Source: an uncultured virus (IMG/VR IMGVR_UViG_3300013741_000003) (taxonomy: Duplodnaviria > Heunggongvirae > Uroviricota > Caudoviricetes). From it: DNA of 64,000 nucleotides. The stretch lies in IMG/VR virus record IMGVR_UViG_3300013741_000003; one strand, written 5' to 3'. Both the position numbers and the translations under genes were made by a program. Below the pieces are notes generated by a model. That model had not been told where the DNA came from, did not search any database, and saw only the letters and a program-made list of their open reading frames with translations. Below, one piece after another: positions 1 through 10,335 of the stretch; position 1 is the stretch's first letter, and each line of letters opens with the position of its first letter.

Positions 1-54
1 ACCTATCATCGTTTTTATTAGAGCCTAAAGGTTTATTATATTTTTTGTTGTTTT

Positions 55-942
55 TCATATATTATTTTCCATATCAGATTTTATTTTTCTAATCAGTTTT
101 ATACTTTCTAAAAATTCTGAACTATCATATTTCTTCATATAATTAATATTACTAAGAACCCCAATAAGATTATGTAAATCTTCTTTTAGTTCATAAAAAT
201 AAACTTTTTCATCAATAATAAATTGTAGAATTCTATTTAATAGTGAGTGATTTATATGTATATTATCATTATCATCTTCTTCACTTACCATTCTTTCCGA
301 TAAAATAAAACGCCTTCTACAATATTTATAGCACTCTTCTTCAAATTCATTAGGTTTTACAGAATATCTATCATTATAAAGACTTGGGAAATGCACATAC
401 CCATTTTTTAATAAAAACATTACAGCTTTATTATATTCTTTAATGATATGATTTACTAAATCTTCTTCTTTTATATCAGTTTCTTTAATATCTTTTATTA
501 ACTTTTTCATATTTTCTAGCATAGTACTTATATAAAGATCTGTATTATTACAAAAAAGTACGTTTTTATAATAATTATTAGTTAATGTATCATCATAACC
601 ATCCCAATAAGCGTTGAAGCTTAAAATTTGTTCGCATCCATCATATGTTAATAATCTTTTCGCTATAGCGTCTCTTTGATCTTGTGTAAGAAGCTCTGAT
701 TTTATTATTTTTTTAAAATCTTCAAAACCACTGAATGTTAGTTTATAAATAGCTAACTTTGCTATATTACTATCAGATTCCTCTAAATGTTTTATAGCAC
801 TAAATAAACCTGAATCTAACATCTGTTTTTGAAAAGATAAGTATTGATCAAGCTCTGTTCCTTTTATTATATTATATTTATCTAATATCTTTTTTATTTT
901 ATTCATCTCTTTGCTTTCCATTTTATAAGGGAGTATATTCAT
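55..942 (-). CDS. hypothetical protein
   Basis: 295-aa ORF, no recognised motif. Confidence 0.7.
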   Translation of the reverse strand: MNILPYKMESKEMNKIKKILDKYNIIKGTELDQYLSFQKQMLDSGLFSAIKHLEESDSNIAKLAIYKLTFSGFEDFKKIIKSELLTQDQRDAIAKRLLTYDGCEQILSFNAYWDGYDDTLTNNYYKNVLFCNNTDLYISTMLENMKKLIKDIKETDIKEEDLVNHIIKEYNKAVMFLLKNGYVHFPSLYNDRYSVKPNEFEEECYKYCRRRFILSERMVSEEDDNDNIHINHSLLNRILQFIIDEKVYFYELKEDLHNLIGVLSNINYMKKYDSSEFLESIKLIRKIKSDMENNI

Positions 943-1291
943 TATTTTTAATATCTTTAGCTCTTTCTGCTAAACCTTGATAATATCCACGCTTAAACCA
1001 TCTTGAACATTTACCCATTGAAATCGCATCTGCTCTTATTTCTTCTGGATATCCGCCATATTTTACTACTTTGAATTTTTTCTTTTCGTATCCATCTTCT
1101 CTACCACAGTCGATAATCTCATCTCTATAATAATCCAACCATGCTTTCTTATTACATTTTGGACAAGGAATATCACCACCATTATCGAGATAATTACCAT
1201 CTCCACTATCCGCATCCCATAGATAGCCATCGCTACATATACTGTCTAAATAATGCGCTCCAAATTCGTAACCTTGATAACCACAACTCAT
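923..1291 (-). CDS. Cys-rich phage hypothetical protein, possible Zn binding
   Basis: N-terminal CGY, C..GYLWDADS and PCPKC motifs. Confidence 0.7.
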   Translation of the reverse strand: MSCGYQGYEFGAHYLDSICSDGYLWDADSGDGNYLDNGGDIPCPKCNKKAWLDYYRDEIIDCGREDGYEKKKFKVVKYGGYPEEIRADAISMGKCSRWFKRGYYQGLAERAKDIKNNEYTPL

Positions 1292-1305
1292 ATCAACCGC
1301 CTTTT

Positions 1306-1626
1306 TTAATAATTTCTGAAAACTCTTCTAACAGCTCTATCAAGCTCTGGAAGAATACTTTTTTGATATTTTTCGCCGTTAAAATATACTTTTTCTAAAA
1401 ACTCATTTCCATTATTGAAAATAATGACATGCTCTTTCAATAAACCAAAATAATAAGAACTTGAAACAACTATTCCTGTTCCTATTGTTATGTCAAATAT
1501 AACATCTTTTTCTATGCTATTAAGACCAAAAAGAATTTGGCCTTGTTTGCCATTTTCTCTTCCAGCAAATAATCTTTTTCCTGTTTCTTCTGAAATCTTA
1601 TTAAAGTCTATAATTATTTTAAGCAT
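1306..1626 (-). CDS. STAS-like (DUF4325-like) protein
   Basis: FAGRENG...VSSSYYFGL pattern; 106 aa. Confidence 0.5.
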   Translation of the reverse strand: MLKIIIDFNKISEETGKRLFAGRENGKQGQILFGLNSIEKDVIFDITIGTGIVVSSSYYFGLLKEHVIIFNNGNEFLEKVYFNGEKYQKSILPELDRAVRRVFRNY

Positions 1627-1628
1627 CT

Positions 1629-2156
1629 TTATTCCAGTTCTCCAAAACTCTCAAGATCTTCTGGAGTAACTTTTTTCCAATTTAATATTTTTCTTGTTTT
1701 TAACTCAATATCTAACATCACATAGTCACCATAATGATTTCCGGGAAAAAATGAAGGAACATAACCACTATATTCTCCAATACTATGATAATCTTTATCA
1801 TAAATAATGCAGAAAAAAGAATCGGATACTTTTGCCGATATTTTCAAAACATCAACTTTATTAGCAAAATCCAATAATTCTTTATCTTCTCGTTCATCTT
1901 CGAACTCATCATAATTAATATCTTTAGTAATTAGTTCTATAAGATCAAGTTTAGTTATTTCTTCTCCCCAATTTAAAATTTGTCCCGTTTCTAAATCAAT
2001 TTTTAGTTCAAGATAATCACCATAATGATTTCCGGGGAAGAATGAAGGAACGTAACCTTCGTATTGTCCAATAATATCTCTATTATTGTCTAAAATAACA
2101 CAAGAAAATCTATCACGCACTTTTAAAGATGTTTTAATTGATGCTGGTATATTCAT
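1629..2156 (-). CDS. protein with tandemly duplicated domain
   Basis: GYVPSFFPGNHYGDY...ILNW occurs twice. Confidence 0.8.
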   Translation of the reverse strand: MNIPASIKTSLKVRDRFSCVILDNNRDIIGQYEGYVPSFFPGNHYGDYLELKIDLETGQILNWGEEITKLDLIELITKDINYDEFEDEREDKELLDFANKVDVLKISAKVSDSFFCIIYDKDYHSIGEYSGYVPSFFPGNHYGDYVMLDIELKTRKILNWKKVTPEDLESFGELE

Positions 2157-2169
2157 TTTATTTCCTCTA

Positions 2170-3090
2170 TTATTTAAATCGTGGCCTAGTTATTTTAGCA
2201 AGTTCGTTTTCTAATGTTGGATATGAGCTTAGTTGACCTACTTCATGCATTTTCTTCTGACAAAGTTCTCTTATCCTTTCCATTTCATCCAACTGCCATT
2301 GATATTTTGATTTATCCGTTATCTTAAAAGCTAAAATGTTTTTAGTTCCTTGATGGTAATAATAATGCTTTAAAGGCAACGTGCTTTTAATCAAATCTGT
2401 TAACAATTCTGGATTTTGTTTTATTTTAGCTCTTATAGCTCTTTTTATTTCTTCTTGGAAAGCTGGATCATCACTGTTTGTTACAGCACTTCCTTCTTCA
2501 CATAATACTAAGCCTTTTTTCTTTGCTTCGAACCCTATCATATTTTTGAAAGAATCATATCTTTCTCCAGTAATATTCCAATACCAAAAACCTTCTAGTG
2601 ATTGAAAGTGCTGTTCATCAATATCAAATCCAATATTCGCTAAATTACTTAATCCTTTCCCTAAAGAAAACTTCGACTTAGTATATACGTTTATATGTGT
2701 TATACCTTCAAGTAGTGGATCTAAATCTTCTTCTTTATTTTTAGCATTATCGAATATATTTTTATTTTGCTCATAATCCATTACTATTCCTAAAATAAAA
2801 AAATCTTTATATATATTCATAGTATTAAATTTTTCTATAGCTAACGTTTTTTCTATCCTTTCTTCAAAACGGCTAACTGTATATTTCTCTATTTCTTTTT
2901 TATTATGAGATATAAACTCATCTATAACATAGCTGTCATTCACTCTTATAAAGTTTTTCTTGAATATTAATAACTTTTCATCATTGTTATTTATAAACAA
3001 AAGTTGATTATCTAATATACTTTTAAATCTATCCCATCCACCTACTGATCTGATAAACCCAGCGTATAGTTCATCTGATGAATAATACAT
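2170..3090 (-). CDS. protein with C-terminal NADAR-like domain
   Basis: GITHINVYTK...LGKGLSN...FQSLEGFWYW...AIRAKIKQNPEL resembles NADAR/YbiA-like phage proteins. Confidence 0.55.
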   Translation of the reverse strand: MYYSSDELYAGFIRSVGGWDRFKSILDNQLLFINNNDEKLLIFKKNFIRVNDSYVIDEFISHNKKEIEKYTVSRFEERIEKTLAIEKFNTMNIYKDFFILGIVMDYEQNKNIFDNAKNKEEDLDPLLEGITHINVYTKSKFSLGKGLSNLANIGFDIDEQHFQSLEGFWYWNITGERYDSFKNMIGFEAKKKGLVLCEEGSAVTNSDDPAFQEEIKRAIRAKIKQNPELLTDLIKSTLPLKHYYYHQGTKNILAFKITDKSKYQWQLDEMERIRELCQKKMHEVGQLSSYPTLENELAKITRPRFK

Positions 3091-3190
3091 TTTTTATTCC
3101 CTATTATATTTTATATTAGTTATATTTTATAATATTTTTAGAACAAAAACAAAAAAGATAGCCTCTCGACTATCTTTTAAAATTTACTAT

Positions 3191-3562
3191 TTAATACTTT
3201 TCAAAATCATTATTCAACATATCAATCATGTTTTCGGCTAAAAATAAATTCAAAGGTTTACAACCTCCATCATAATCTATAAAAGATTTATTTACATCAT
3301 CATAAAGCTTAGGATTTAGAATTTTCATACATCCGATAGACTTACCTATGCCAAACTCTTGATTCAAAAATCCGTCTCTCCAGTCTTCATATTTACATCT
3401 GGTATAATCAGACATGAAATTTAACACATCTAAAAAATGCTTACTTATATAATTAGCAAGCAAAGGAGCTTTTCTATTTAATACCATTTCTTCTGTTCTG
3501 CTCAACATAGAAAAATATTGAGGAGAACAATTTTCAAAATAAAACTCTTTATATATTTTCAT
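3191..3562 (-). CDS. hypothetical protein
   Basis: 123-aa ORF with GAGG SD. Confidence 0.65.
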   Translation of the reverse strand: MKIYKEFYFENCSPQYFSMLSRTEEMVLNRKAPLLANYISKHFLDVLNFMSDYTRCKYEDWRDGFLNQEFGIGKSIGCMKILNPKLYDDVNKSFIDYDGGCKPLNLFLAENMIDMLNNDFEKY

Positions 3563-3572
3563 AATGCCTCTT

Positions 3573-3884
3573 TTAAGAAAGTTTAAAGTATTTCCACATT
3601 AGATTCACAAAGGAGTCAGCATATCCATCGCCAGCTCTGCTTAAATCTTCTTCGTCATCCCCTGTTGCTTCTTTTAACTTACTTTCAAAAAAGTCTCGCT
3701 CTTTACTATCTAGCCCCATTTGATAAAAAGAAAAACACATTTCTGTTGTAGTATCTTCATAACAATTGGTTAAATCTTCACTACCCCACATCGTACCGTC
3801 ATCAAATTTTTCAAGACCAAGTTCGTCTTCATCATTTTTCAATACAGTTTCTTCAAATGCTTGTTGAATTTTATTTATAGTCAT
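3573..3884 (-). CDS. acidic hypothetical protein
   Basis: 103-aa ORF in tight minus-strand run. Confidence 0.65.
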   Translation of the reverse strand: MTINKIQQAFEETVLKNDEDELGLEKFDDGTMWGSEDLTNCYEDTTTEMCFSFYQMGLDSKERDFFESKLKEATGDDEEDLSRAGDGYADSFVNLMWKYFKLS

Positions 3885-3901
3885 ATTCTCTTTCTCTTTT
3901 A

Positions 3902-4111
3902 TTAGTTAGGAACAAGTAAAAATTTAAAAGCCTCAACATAACGAGGATATTGCTCCTCAATTCCCTTATCAGTTTCTTTCAATCTTTTTTGATATAGTTC
4001 TCTTTCTGATAAGGATAACTTTCCTTTCCACATTCTGTCGGCTAATCTTTTTCTCTCTTTTTGGAGAGTCCTTCTTTCTCTTACAATCTTTAATGCTTCT
4101 GTTTTATTCAT
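3902..4111 (-). CDS. basic hypothetical protein
   Basis: 69-aa ORF, AGGTGAG SD, promoter at 4149-4177. Confidence 0.65.
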   Translation of the reverse strand: MNKTEALKIVRERRTLQKERKRLADRMWKGKLSLSERELYQKRLKETDKGIEEQYPRYVEAFKFLLVPN

Positions 4112-4505
4112 TTTCTCACCTTAGATTTAAAAAATAAATAACAATGTAAGTATATCAAAAATTGTCACACGGTACAATTTTTATTTTTCTGTTTTACATA
4201 TTTTTTTATATCAACTATAATATTATTGTCCTATTTACAATAAGGAAACTAAAATGGAAAACAAACAAAAACCTAATTATTCTACACCTGATGATCTTAC
4301 ATTGGCNNNNNNNNNNCATGACTTTCTCTTAAATTCATGGATTATAGATAGGATTATAACAAAAATCATTTTAACAGTACAGTTTTTTATTTGATTTTTT
4401 CTTTTCGTTATTTACGTGTATTGACAAAAAAGACTTGTATTACATCACGTAAAAGACTATACTTATCTTATTGAAACGACAAAGAACATTAACTTAAATA
4501 GGAAC

Positions 4506-4721
4506 TTGAAGATGAAAAAAATGATTGCTGCTACTCTTATTGCTCTGACTCTGGCTGGTTGTGCGTCTGGTCCAGAAAAAGGTTATTATGATCAGCAGGG
4601 TGTTTATCATCCGTCTGCAGAAGCTACCAATGCTGATCGTTGGACTACTGCTGGCGCTGTTGCGGCAGGTGCTGCTGCTGTAGCTGGTTTGACACTTGGT
4701 ATTATCGCAGTAACCAAGTAA
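4506..4721 (+). CDS. small lipoprotein
   Basis: signal peptide with LAGC lipobox, hydrophobic Gly/Ala-rich C-terminus, followed by terminator; start probably the ATG at 4512. Confidence 0.75.
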   Translation: MKMKKMIAATLIALTLAGCASGPEKGYYDQQGVYHPSAEATNADRWTTAGAVAAGAAAVAGLTLGIIAVTK

Positions 4722-4741
4722 GATTGTTTGTAAATAAAAAT

Positions 4742-4764
4742 AAGCCACCGCAAGGTGGCTTTTC
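4742..4764. terminator. intrinsic terminator
   Basis: AAGCCACC-GCAA-GGTGGCTT then T run. Confidence 0.8.
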
Positions 4765-4788
4765 TATTAATAACATAGGAGTATTTTT

Positions 4789-4977
4789 ATGATGATGAAA
4801 CTTCCGGGAAGCGAAAATGCTTCTTATAATGAAAAAGTTGATATCTATAACGATTTAGCTAAACGAATGGATGATTTTAAAAAGAAGAACTTTTTATATC
4901 GTTGGATTTTCTTTGGCAAATATCAATCAATGCGCATCCAACTTGCTTCAATGCTAACGCCGGGGGACTGGTACTGA
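4789..4977 (+). CDS. hypothetical protein
   Basis: 62-aa ORF with AGGAG SD. Confidence 0.6.
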   Translation: MMMKLPGSENASYNEKVDIYNDLAKRMDDFKKKNFLYRWIFFGKYQSMRIQLASMLTPGDWY

Positions 4978-5036
4978 TTATTTTTTGATTTTTTTCTATT
5001 ATTCTCTTATTATATCGCAAAATATAGGAGAATAAT

Positions 5037-5465
5037 ATGAAAAATAAAATTTTAGGCGTAATGTTTTTTTCTTTTTTTCTTGGTTCTTTATCTATCCCTT
5101 CCTTTGCTGCATCAAATAATTATAAATCTACTATATCTTTAGTTAATAATATTAGTTCATCTAGTTATTTATCGGACGATGGAAAGCTTGTAGAAAATTT
5201 AAGTTCATATCCGGTTTCAAGAAAATGTGAAGGTTTTGATGGTTCTTTTCAGGGAGATTCTTTGTTGCTACAAAGCTCATTGAAAAAAACTGAAACAGAC
5301 AATGTTTATAATTTTGAAGGTGTATATAAAGTATTAGATTGTAAAGAGTTAACCTTCAGAAATATCATTTTAAAGGATAAGGTTTTATTATCCGATAATG
5401 AAAACTTCTTTGGAGTATATCAACGTGATGGATATACATTTAATATTATATTGGATAAAATATAA
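5037..5465 (+). CDS. secreted hypothetical protein
   Basis: AGGAG SD, signal peptide ending SFA. Confidence 0.7.
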   Translation: MKNKILGVMFFSFFLGSLSIPSFAASNNYKSTISLVNNISSSSYLSDDGKLVENLSSYPVSRKCEGFDGSFQGDSLLLQSSLKKTETDNVYNFEGVYKVLDCKELTFRNIILKDKVLLSDNENFFGVYQRDGYTFNIILDKI

Positions 5466-5928
5466 ATGTTATTAAAAAAGCCCATCAGGGCTTTTTTTGT
5501 AATATTCCAATCTGTTTTTGTAGCTGTTTTCCAAATTCTTCAATCGTTGGACCACCTTTGGGATATGAGTCTAACTTTTTAGCTAGTTCTTCTGTCGTGT
5601 ATTCTGATAGTGCTTTTTTTAGAAGTGCTTTTCGTTCTTCAAAACTTAACATTTTTTTACCTCTTATTTTAGAAAGGTTTAAACCAAACAACATAGAAAA
5701 TGAAGCCAATATCTAATACACATAAGGTCAATAGAAGCATACCTGTTCGATTTAAAGAACTAATATACTTATTTGTTCTCTCATTTACAGCTTTTAAATA
5801 TGCATCACTTCTTTCATTAGCTTCTTTGAGGTATTGAGCACTTCTTTTATTTGCTTCAACACAGTAATCTTCTATTGATTTTCCCATACTGCACCTATTT
5901 TAAATAATAAAAAGGCCACATAGTGACC

Positions 5929-6255
5929 TTAATTATCCCATTCATTGATTTTGATATTCAAGATTTTTGTATCAGGAAAACTATTTCTACCAAAAGAGAA
6001 GTTATCTGGCATAAAAATACTTAGCTCAAGAGAGGCTAACTCACCAAGAGTGATACTTTTAGAAACTTTTTTGATACGTCCAGTTTTCGGACCAACTTTT
6101 AAATCGAGTTTCTTAATTAGTTCATCCCTAATAGTAATATAATCAGTATCCTTATCTGATTCCAGTTTTTTATAATTCCAGCTAACCCATCCACCGCTGA
6201 TTTTCTGACCAGATACTTGAATATCTAATTTCATGTTAACCTCGTTATTCAACAA
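5929..6255 (-). CDS. hypothetical protein
   Basis: ORF in run of short genes 5485-7995. Confidence 0.6.
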   Translation of the reverse strand: MLNNEVNMKLDIQVSGQKISGGWVSWNYKKLESDKDTDYITIRDELIKKLDLKVGPKTGRIKKVSKSITLGELASLELSIFMPDNFSFGRNSFPDTKILNIKINEWDN

Positions 6256-6523
6256 CTACGTTAAGAACAAGACTATTACGATCATCATCACAGCCCATAT
6301 ACATACTAAACTCTACATTTTTGCTTCTTTGAGCACCTTCGTTATGTAGTGCATAACGCTCCACATCGGTATCGTGATACAATTCAACTAACTCAATAGT
6401 TAAATCTTCAACATTTACTTTTTTAAAGTCTTTAAAATGCTCTGCGACTCTCTCAGCAACAGAACCATTTTCCAACTCATCTACATCACAAAAAATTTTT
6501 AAAACCATAGGATGAAGTTTCAT
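6245..6523 (-). CDS. hypothetical protein, weak paralog of 6544-6783
   Basis: NGSVAERVAEHF vs NGLVAQEASKYF; similar C-termini. Confidence 0.6.
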   Translation of the reverse strand: MKLHPMVLKIFCDVDELENGSVAERVAEHFKDFKKVNVEDLTIELVELYHDTDVERYALHNEGAQRSKNVEFSMYMGCDDDRNSLVLNVVVE

Positions 6524-6543
6524 AAGTCTCCTTAATTTTATCT

Positions 6544-6783
6544 TTAATAGCTGATAGCTAGATTCAGAGTGCGATCATTGTCAGATTTGTCAGTATCCAT
6601 AATCAAACTAAGTAAAACGATCCCATCATCATCATTACCGATATTATCAGCAAAACCATTTAAAATATTTTCTGTCAAATCGTGCTCTATATTGAAATAT
6701 TTAGAAGCTTCCTGAGCTACCAAACCATTTCGCACTTCTTCAATAGAACACTCGATAGTTACAAGATCATGCGATGTATTCAT
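6544..6783 (-). CDS. hypothetical protein
   Basis: GAGG SD, promoter at 6816-6844. Confidence 0.65.
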   Translation of the reverse strand: MNTSHDLVTIECSIEEVRNGLVAQEASKYFNIEHDLTENILNGFADNIGNDDDGIVLLSLIMDTDKSDNDRTLNLAISY

Positions 6784-6815
6784 TTTAAAATCCTCTCAAT
6801 CAAATTTATGAAGCT

Positions 6816-6844
6816 ATTATATCACTTACTGTTATCCTGCACAA
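6816..6844 (-). promoter_or_regulatory. TTGTGC-N17-TATAAT promoter (representative of a recurrent class)
   Basis: exact 17-bp spacing; same class found at 13 other sites. Confidence 0.75.
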
Positions 6845-6931
6845 GAACAACATCAATAAAAATAAAATAAAAATCACCTTACTTAACAATAAGATGATTC
6901 TCTTTTTAACTGACGAAAATGGACAAATATT

Positions 6932-7183
6932 TTATGATTCAGTTCCGTTTTCCGTTCTCATGCTCCATGATCCACGGTATTCGATACCTTCATCACCATC
7001 GCTATCATCAAAACGCACATTATCAACAAGACTACCTTCGGTCTTGCCTTTACCTAACATCTCAATGATATGATCTTCGGCTGTTTCTTTTAATGCCTCT
7101 TGGTGAGAGGATTTAATTTCAGCATTTGGATTTTGAGCGTTGAACCATTCATAGTTTAGTGTAATTTTACCTTTCATTGTCAT
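6932..7183 (-). CDS. hypothetical protein
   Basis: 83-aa ORF with GAGG SD. Confidence 0.65.
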   Translation of the reverse strand: MTMKGKITLNYEWFNAQNPNAEIKSSHQEALKETAEDHIIEMLGKGKTEGSLVDNVRFDDSDGDEGIEYRGSWSMRTENGTES

Positions 7184-7253
7184 TTTATAACCTCTTAATC
7201 ATTGATATAACATTACAATATTCTTTATTTGAACTACTTAATATTTCTTATTT

Positions 7254-7487
7254 TTAATTAGGCAGACTGGATAATACAACCAACGCTACAACAATAACGA
7301 TAGCCAATGTCCAATTAGCAATTTTCTTTTTTCGCTTTTCTTTGCTAATCCGATCTTGTTCTTCTTTTTCTTTCCGTTCTCGTTCAGCTTTCGTAATAAT
7401 ATTACCATTAATGATTACATGCGTATGATTTTTGCAATAATGCTCAAATTGTTCTTCTGTTACATCACCATGAATTTCGATAGACAT
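7254..7487 (-). CDS. C-terminally anchored membrane protein
   Basis: hydrophobic C-terminal helix. Confidence 0.65.
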   Translation of the reverse strand: MSIEIHGDVTEEQFEHYCKNHTHVIINGNIITKAERERKEKEEQDRISKEKRKKKIANWTLAIVIVVALVVLSSLPN

Positions 7488-7725
7488 TTTATCACCTTAA
7501 AAATTAAGTAGTGGTTGATTTTGGTATGGCTTATGTGGTCCTTCAACAACAAAAAGCATCCATTTATTTGGCTCCGTTCTTAAACCATGAATACTACCCA
7601 AATCAATATCGTTTTCTAATGCAAACTTATTCTTAAACCAATAAGAAGCACTATCACCATCAGGACATTCTCCTACCTTGAATAGCCCATGTTTTTCAAT
7701 ATCTTTTTCTTGATAACAAATCATA

Positions 7726-7995
7726 TTAGTTCACCAGTTGTAATTTTTTAATTTCATAGTCTTCCAGTTTCACACTACCATGACGGGGGGTTTTGAGACC
7801 AGAATCATACCAGTCTGGATCATGATTAATCACGCTATTCATTTCATCAATAGATGAACCAACAAAAGGTGTATCTGAATATTCGTCAAAAGAAACTTCA
7901 ATAGAATTGCAGAATTCAGCACCATCATTGCTCTGAACCTCAATGCCTAAGATTTTACCTGTTTTCTTGTTAACGAATACGAACATTTTTAACAC
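7726..7995 (-). CDS. hypothetical protein
   Basis: GAGG SD, promoter at 8020-8048. Confidence 0.6.
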   Translation of the reverse strand: MLKMFVFVNKKTGKILGIEVQSNDGAEFCNSIEVSFDEYSDTPFVGSSIDEMNSVINHDPDWYDSGLKTPRHGSVKLEDYEIKKLQLVN

Positions 7996-8054
7996 CTCGT
8001 CTTAATCAATAATGTCGCTATTATATACTTATTATTAATGATGCACAACTATTT

Positions 8055-8594
8055 TCATGATTTTAACCATTCATTTCTTTGCGTTAAAATCATTTTGTTT
8101 TGCTTTGAAACATTGATTATACCGGGGATTACCTGAAAATTTTCAGCACAATGTAAACCACTTACTTTTTTTGCTTGTAGTGGATACATATGATCAACAT
8201 GCCACTCAATACCTGTTTCATTTTCTCTAACTCTACACAAAACAATAGCCTCTTCCAAAACAAGCTCGTCAAATTCACCAAACCATTTCGGCGTTCTTTC
8301 TTTATTCACTTTTTTATAATTTCTTCTATGAAAAGCTCTTTTTTCCCTATTATTTTCTCTGTATTTACGATCTTTCTCCAAAATACTTGTATGATTCTTT
8401 TTGCGATAAGCCTGACGGCGAGCTGTCGTTCTTTCGGGATCAGATTTTTTATAACGTTTCTCATTGTCATAAGAACAAACAACACAACCTTTAGAACAAA
8501 CATAGCGTTCAGCAATATGACCATTCCTACATGGTTTACCTGTAAAATATTTCGATAATCCTTGTTCTTTTGCTTGCTCAAATAAAATAATCAT
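8055..8594 (-). CDS. HNH (homing-type) endonuclease
   Basis: N-terminal YFTGKPCRNGH..CVVC Zn motif; C-terminal HVDH.YPL...GLHCAEN...N..K.N. Confidence 0.85.
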   Translation of the reverse strand: MIILFEQAKEQGLSKYFTGKPCRNGHIAERYVCSKGCVVCSYDNEKRYKKSDPERTTARRQAYRKKNHTSILEKDRKYRENNREKRAFHRRNYKKVNKERTPKWFGEFDELVLEEAIVLCRVRENETGIEWHVDHMYPLQAKKVSGLHCAENFQVIPGIINVSKQNKMILTQRNEWLKS

Positions 8595-8738
8595 TTTTTA
8601 GCCTTTTTTAAATTTTTCTCATTTTAACCTTTTTTTATTAAATAGTCAATAAAAAGATGTCTTTATAATAATAAAAAAAGAGTAGATAACAAATAGACTA
8701 TATGATACTATACACTTATATTTTAATGGGGAAATTCT

Positions 8739-9497
8739 ATGATTATACATAAAAAAATAGTTGTTCCAGATGACGTTAATCTCTTTTTTATTGGAGATAT
8801 TCATGGAGACTATAAAAACTTTAATGACGCTATAGGAATTGCTGGAGTTGTGGAAGGCGATTACATTATTGCTGTTGGAGATCTTATTGACCGTGGCAAC
8901 GGGGTAGCTCCTTTGCTTTTTGATTTCCTTCATAAACCTAATTACCATGCTGTTATTGGTAATCATGAAGAAATGATGATTAATGTTCATGAACCTTATA
9001 ACAGAGATTTATGGCTTTACATGGGTAATGGTGGAGATAAAACACTTGAACAGTTGGGTTGGGAAGGCGTGAAATACTTTACTGACCTTATTGTTAAAAA
9101 ATTTCCTATTATTCTTGAAGTTCATCATCGTGGTAAGACGTTTGGTGTTATTCATGCTTGTGCTCCTCTTTTGTATGAGAATACGGAAAATTGGAATGAT
9201 ATTATTAAACTTGCTAAAAAAGATCCTGATTATAGAGAACAGCTATATCAAGATGTAGATCTGCATCGTAAGTTAAGAAATGCGCATAATGAAGGAGGAC
9301 AAGAAAAAGAAAATGTTCTTAATACATTTAAAGCTATTAAAGGGATTGACTATATTTTCCACGGTCATGTAGGTGTTACTGAACCTTTTATTCATCATAA
9401 TATGGTATGGATTGATACAATGTTCTTGGATGATACTTTTACTCTTGCTAATTTTGATGAAAAAACAAATAAATTAACATTCTTAAATACCAAATAA
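8739..9497 (+). CDS. metallophosphoesterase (lambda NinI/PPP-like phosphatase)
   Basis: GDIHG, GDLIDRG, GNHE, HA, GH and IDT motifs. Confidence 0.9.
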   Translation: MIIHKKIVVPDDVNLFFIGDIHGDYKNFNDAIGIAGVVEGDYIIAVGDLIDRGNGVAPLLFDFLHKPNYHAVIGNHEEMMINVHEPYNRDLWLYMGNGGDKTLEQLGWEGVKYFTDLIVKKFPIILEVHHRGKTFGVIHACAPLLYENTENWNDIIKLAKKDPDYREQLYQDVDLHRKLRNAHNEGGQEKENVLNTFKAIKGIDYIFHGHVGVTEPFIHHNMVWIDTMFLDDTFTLANFDEKTNKLTFLNTK

Positions 9498-9502
9498 CAA
9501 AA

Positions 9503-9522
9503 AAGCCTCGTCAGAGGCTTTC
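9503..9522. terminator. bidirectional terminator
   Basis: AAGCCTC-GTCA-GAGGCTT between convergent genes. Confidence 0.8.
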
Positions 9523-9524
9523 TT

Positions 9525-10187
9525 TTAATTATGATAATCTATAAGTTCTTCTAAATCCTTGCCCATTACGAACTGGTAAAACTTACGACTTGGCAATACG
9601 CCTTTTTCAATATAACTCATGTATCCACTAGGCCAAGACCAACCATTTTTACGATATTCGGCACTTCCATTAGGTTCTCCTGTTAATCTACAATTAGACC
9701 AACCTTTGAATTGAACTTTTGATGCATTTGACTCTTTTTTAGCTAGAGCTTTTAAAAACTCTTCTTTAGAATATTCGAGCACATTTACTTCATTTACCAC
9801 CGGGAAAGGTAATCCTGTTTCATCTTTTTTGGGATTGCTTCTCCAATATCCTTCTATTCCATCAGGAAAATAACATTGGCTATTATCTACACCAATCTTT
9901 TTAATATTCTCTATCTCGATTTCTTTTTGGATATTATAATCAAAATCCCCCATAGCATCACTCAATCTCATTAAAGCAAAGTTAAGATCCTGCTGTTCTT
10001 TTCTTGTTAATCTTAACTCTCCACGGAAAAACATATCCCATTCATGATTGTTATTTTCATTTGATGGATCGAATAACTTTGAGGCTGTAACAACATGCTC
10101 ATCTTTAAAGAAAAAAGATAGTTCTACATGTTTGCCACCAGCTCCTATAGATATATTTTCTTTTAATTCATAATTGGTTTTGGACAT
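9525..10187 (-). CDS. hypothetical protein
   Basis: 220-aa ORF with C-terminal KGWSNCRL..NGSAEY..W.WPSG motif. Confidence 0.7.
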   Translation of the reverse strand: MSKTNYELKENISIGAGGKHVELSFFFKDEHVVTASKLFDPSNENNNHEWDMFFRGELRLTRKEQQDLNFALMRLSDAMGDFDYNIQKEIEIENIKKIGVDNSQCYFPDGIEGYWRSNPKKDETGLPFPVVNEVNVLEYSKEEFLKALAKKESNASKVQFKGWSNCRLTGEPNGSAEYRKNGWSWPSGYMSYIEKGVLPSRKFYQFVMGKDLEELIDYHN

Positions 10188-10335
10188 TTTATCTCCTTCT
10201 TAATAGATGACAATATCGTATCACTTTTTCATATTATAGTGAAGAAAAATATTAGAACATCATAAAAAAACATAGCTTTATAGTTTCTATGTTGTTATAA
10301 TAGCCACTCATTCTTACATACGGTAAACGGGAAAA

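Noticed and set aside
4307..4316. N runs here and at 63096-63105
   Set aside because: Scaffold gaps, not biology; the ORF starting at 4254 is interrupted and cannot be called.
8190..8990. Overlapping ORFs 8190+, 8306- and 8646-, and similar short antisense ORFs elsewhere
   Set aside because: Shadows of well-supported genes, with no SD or motifs.
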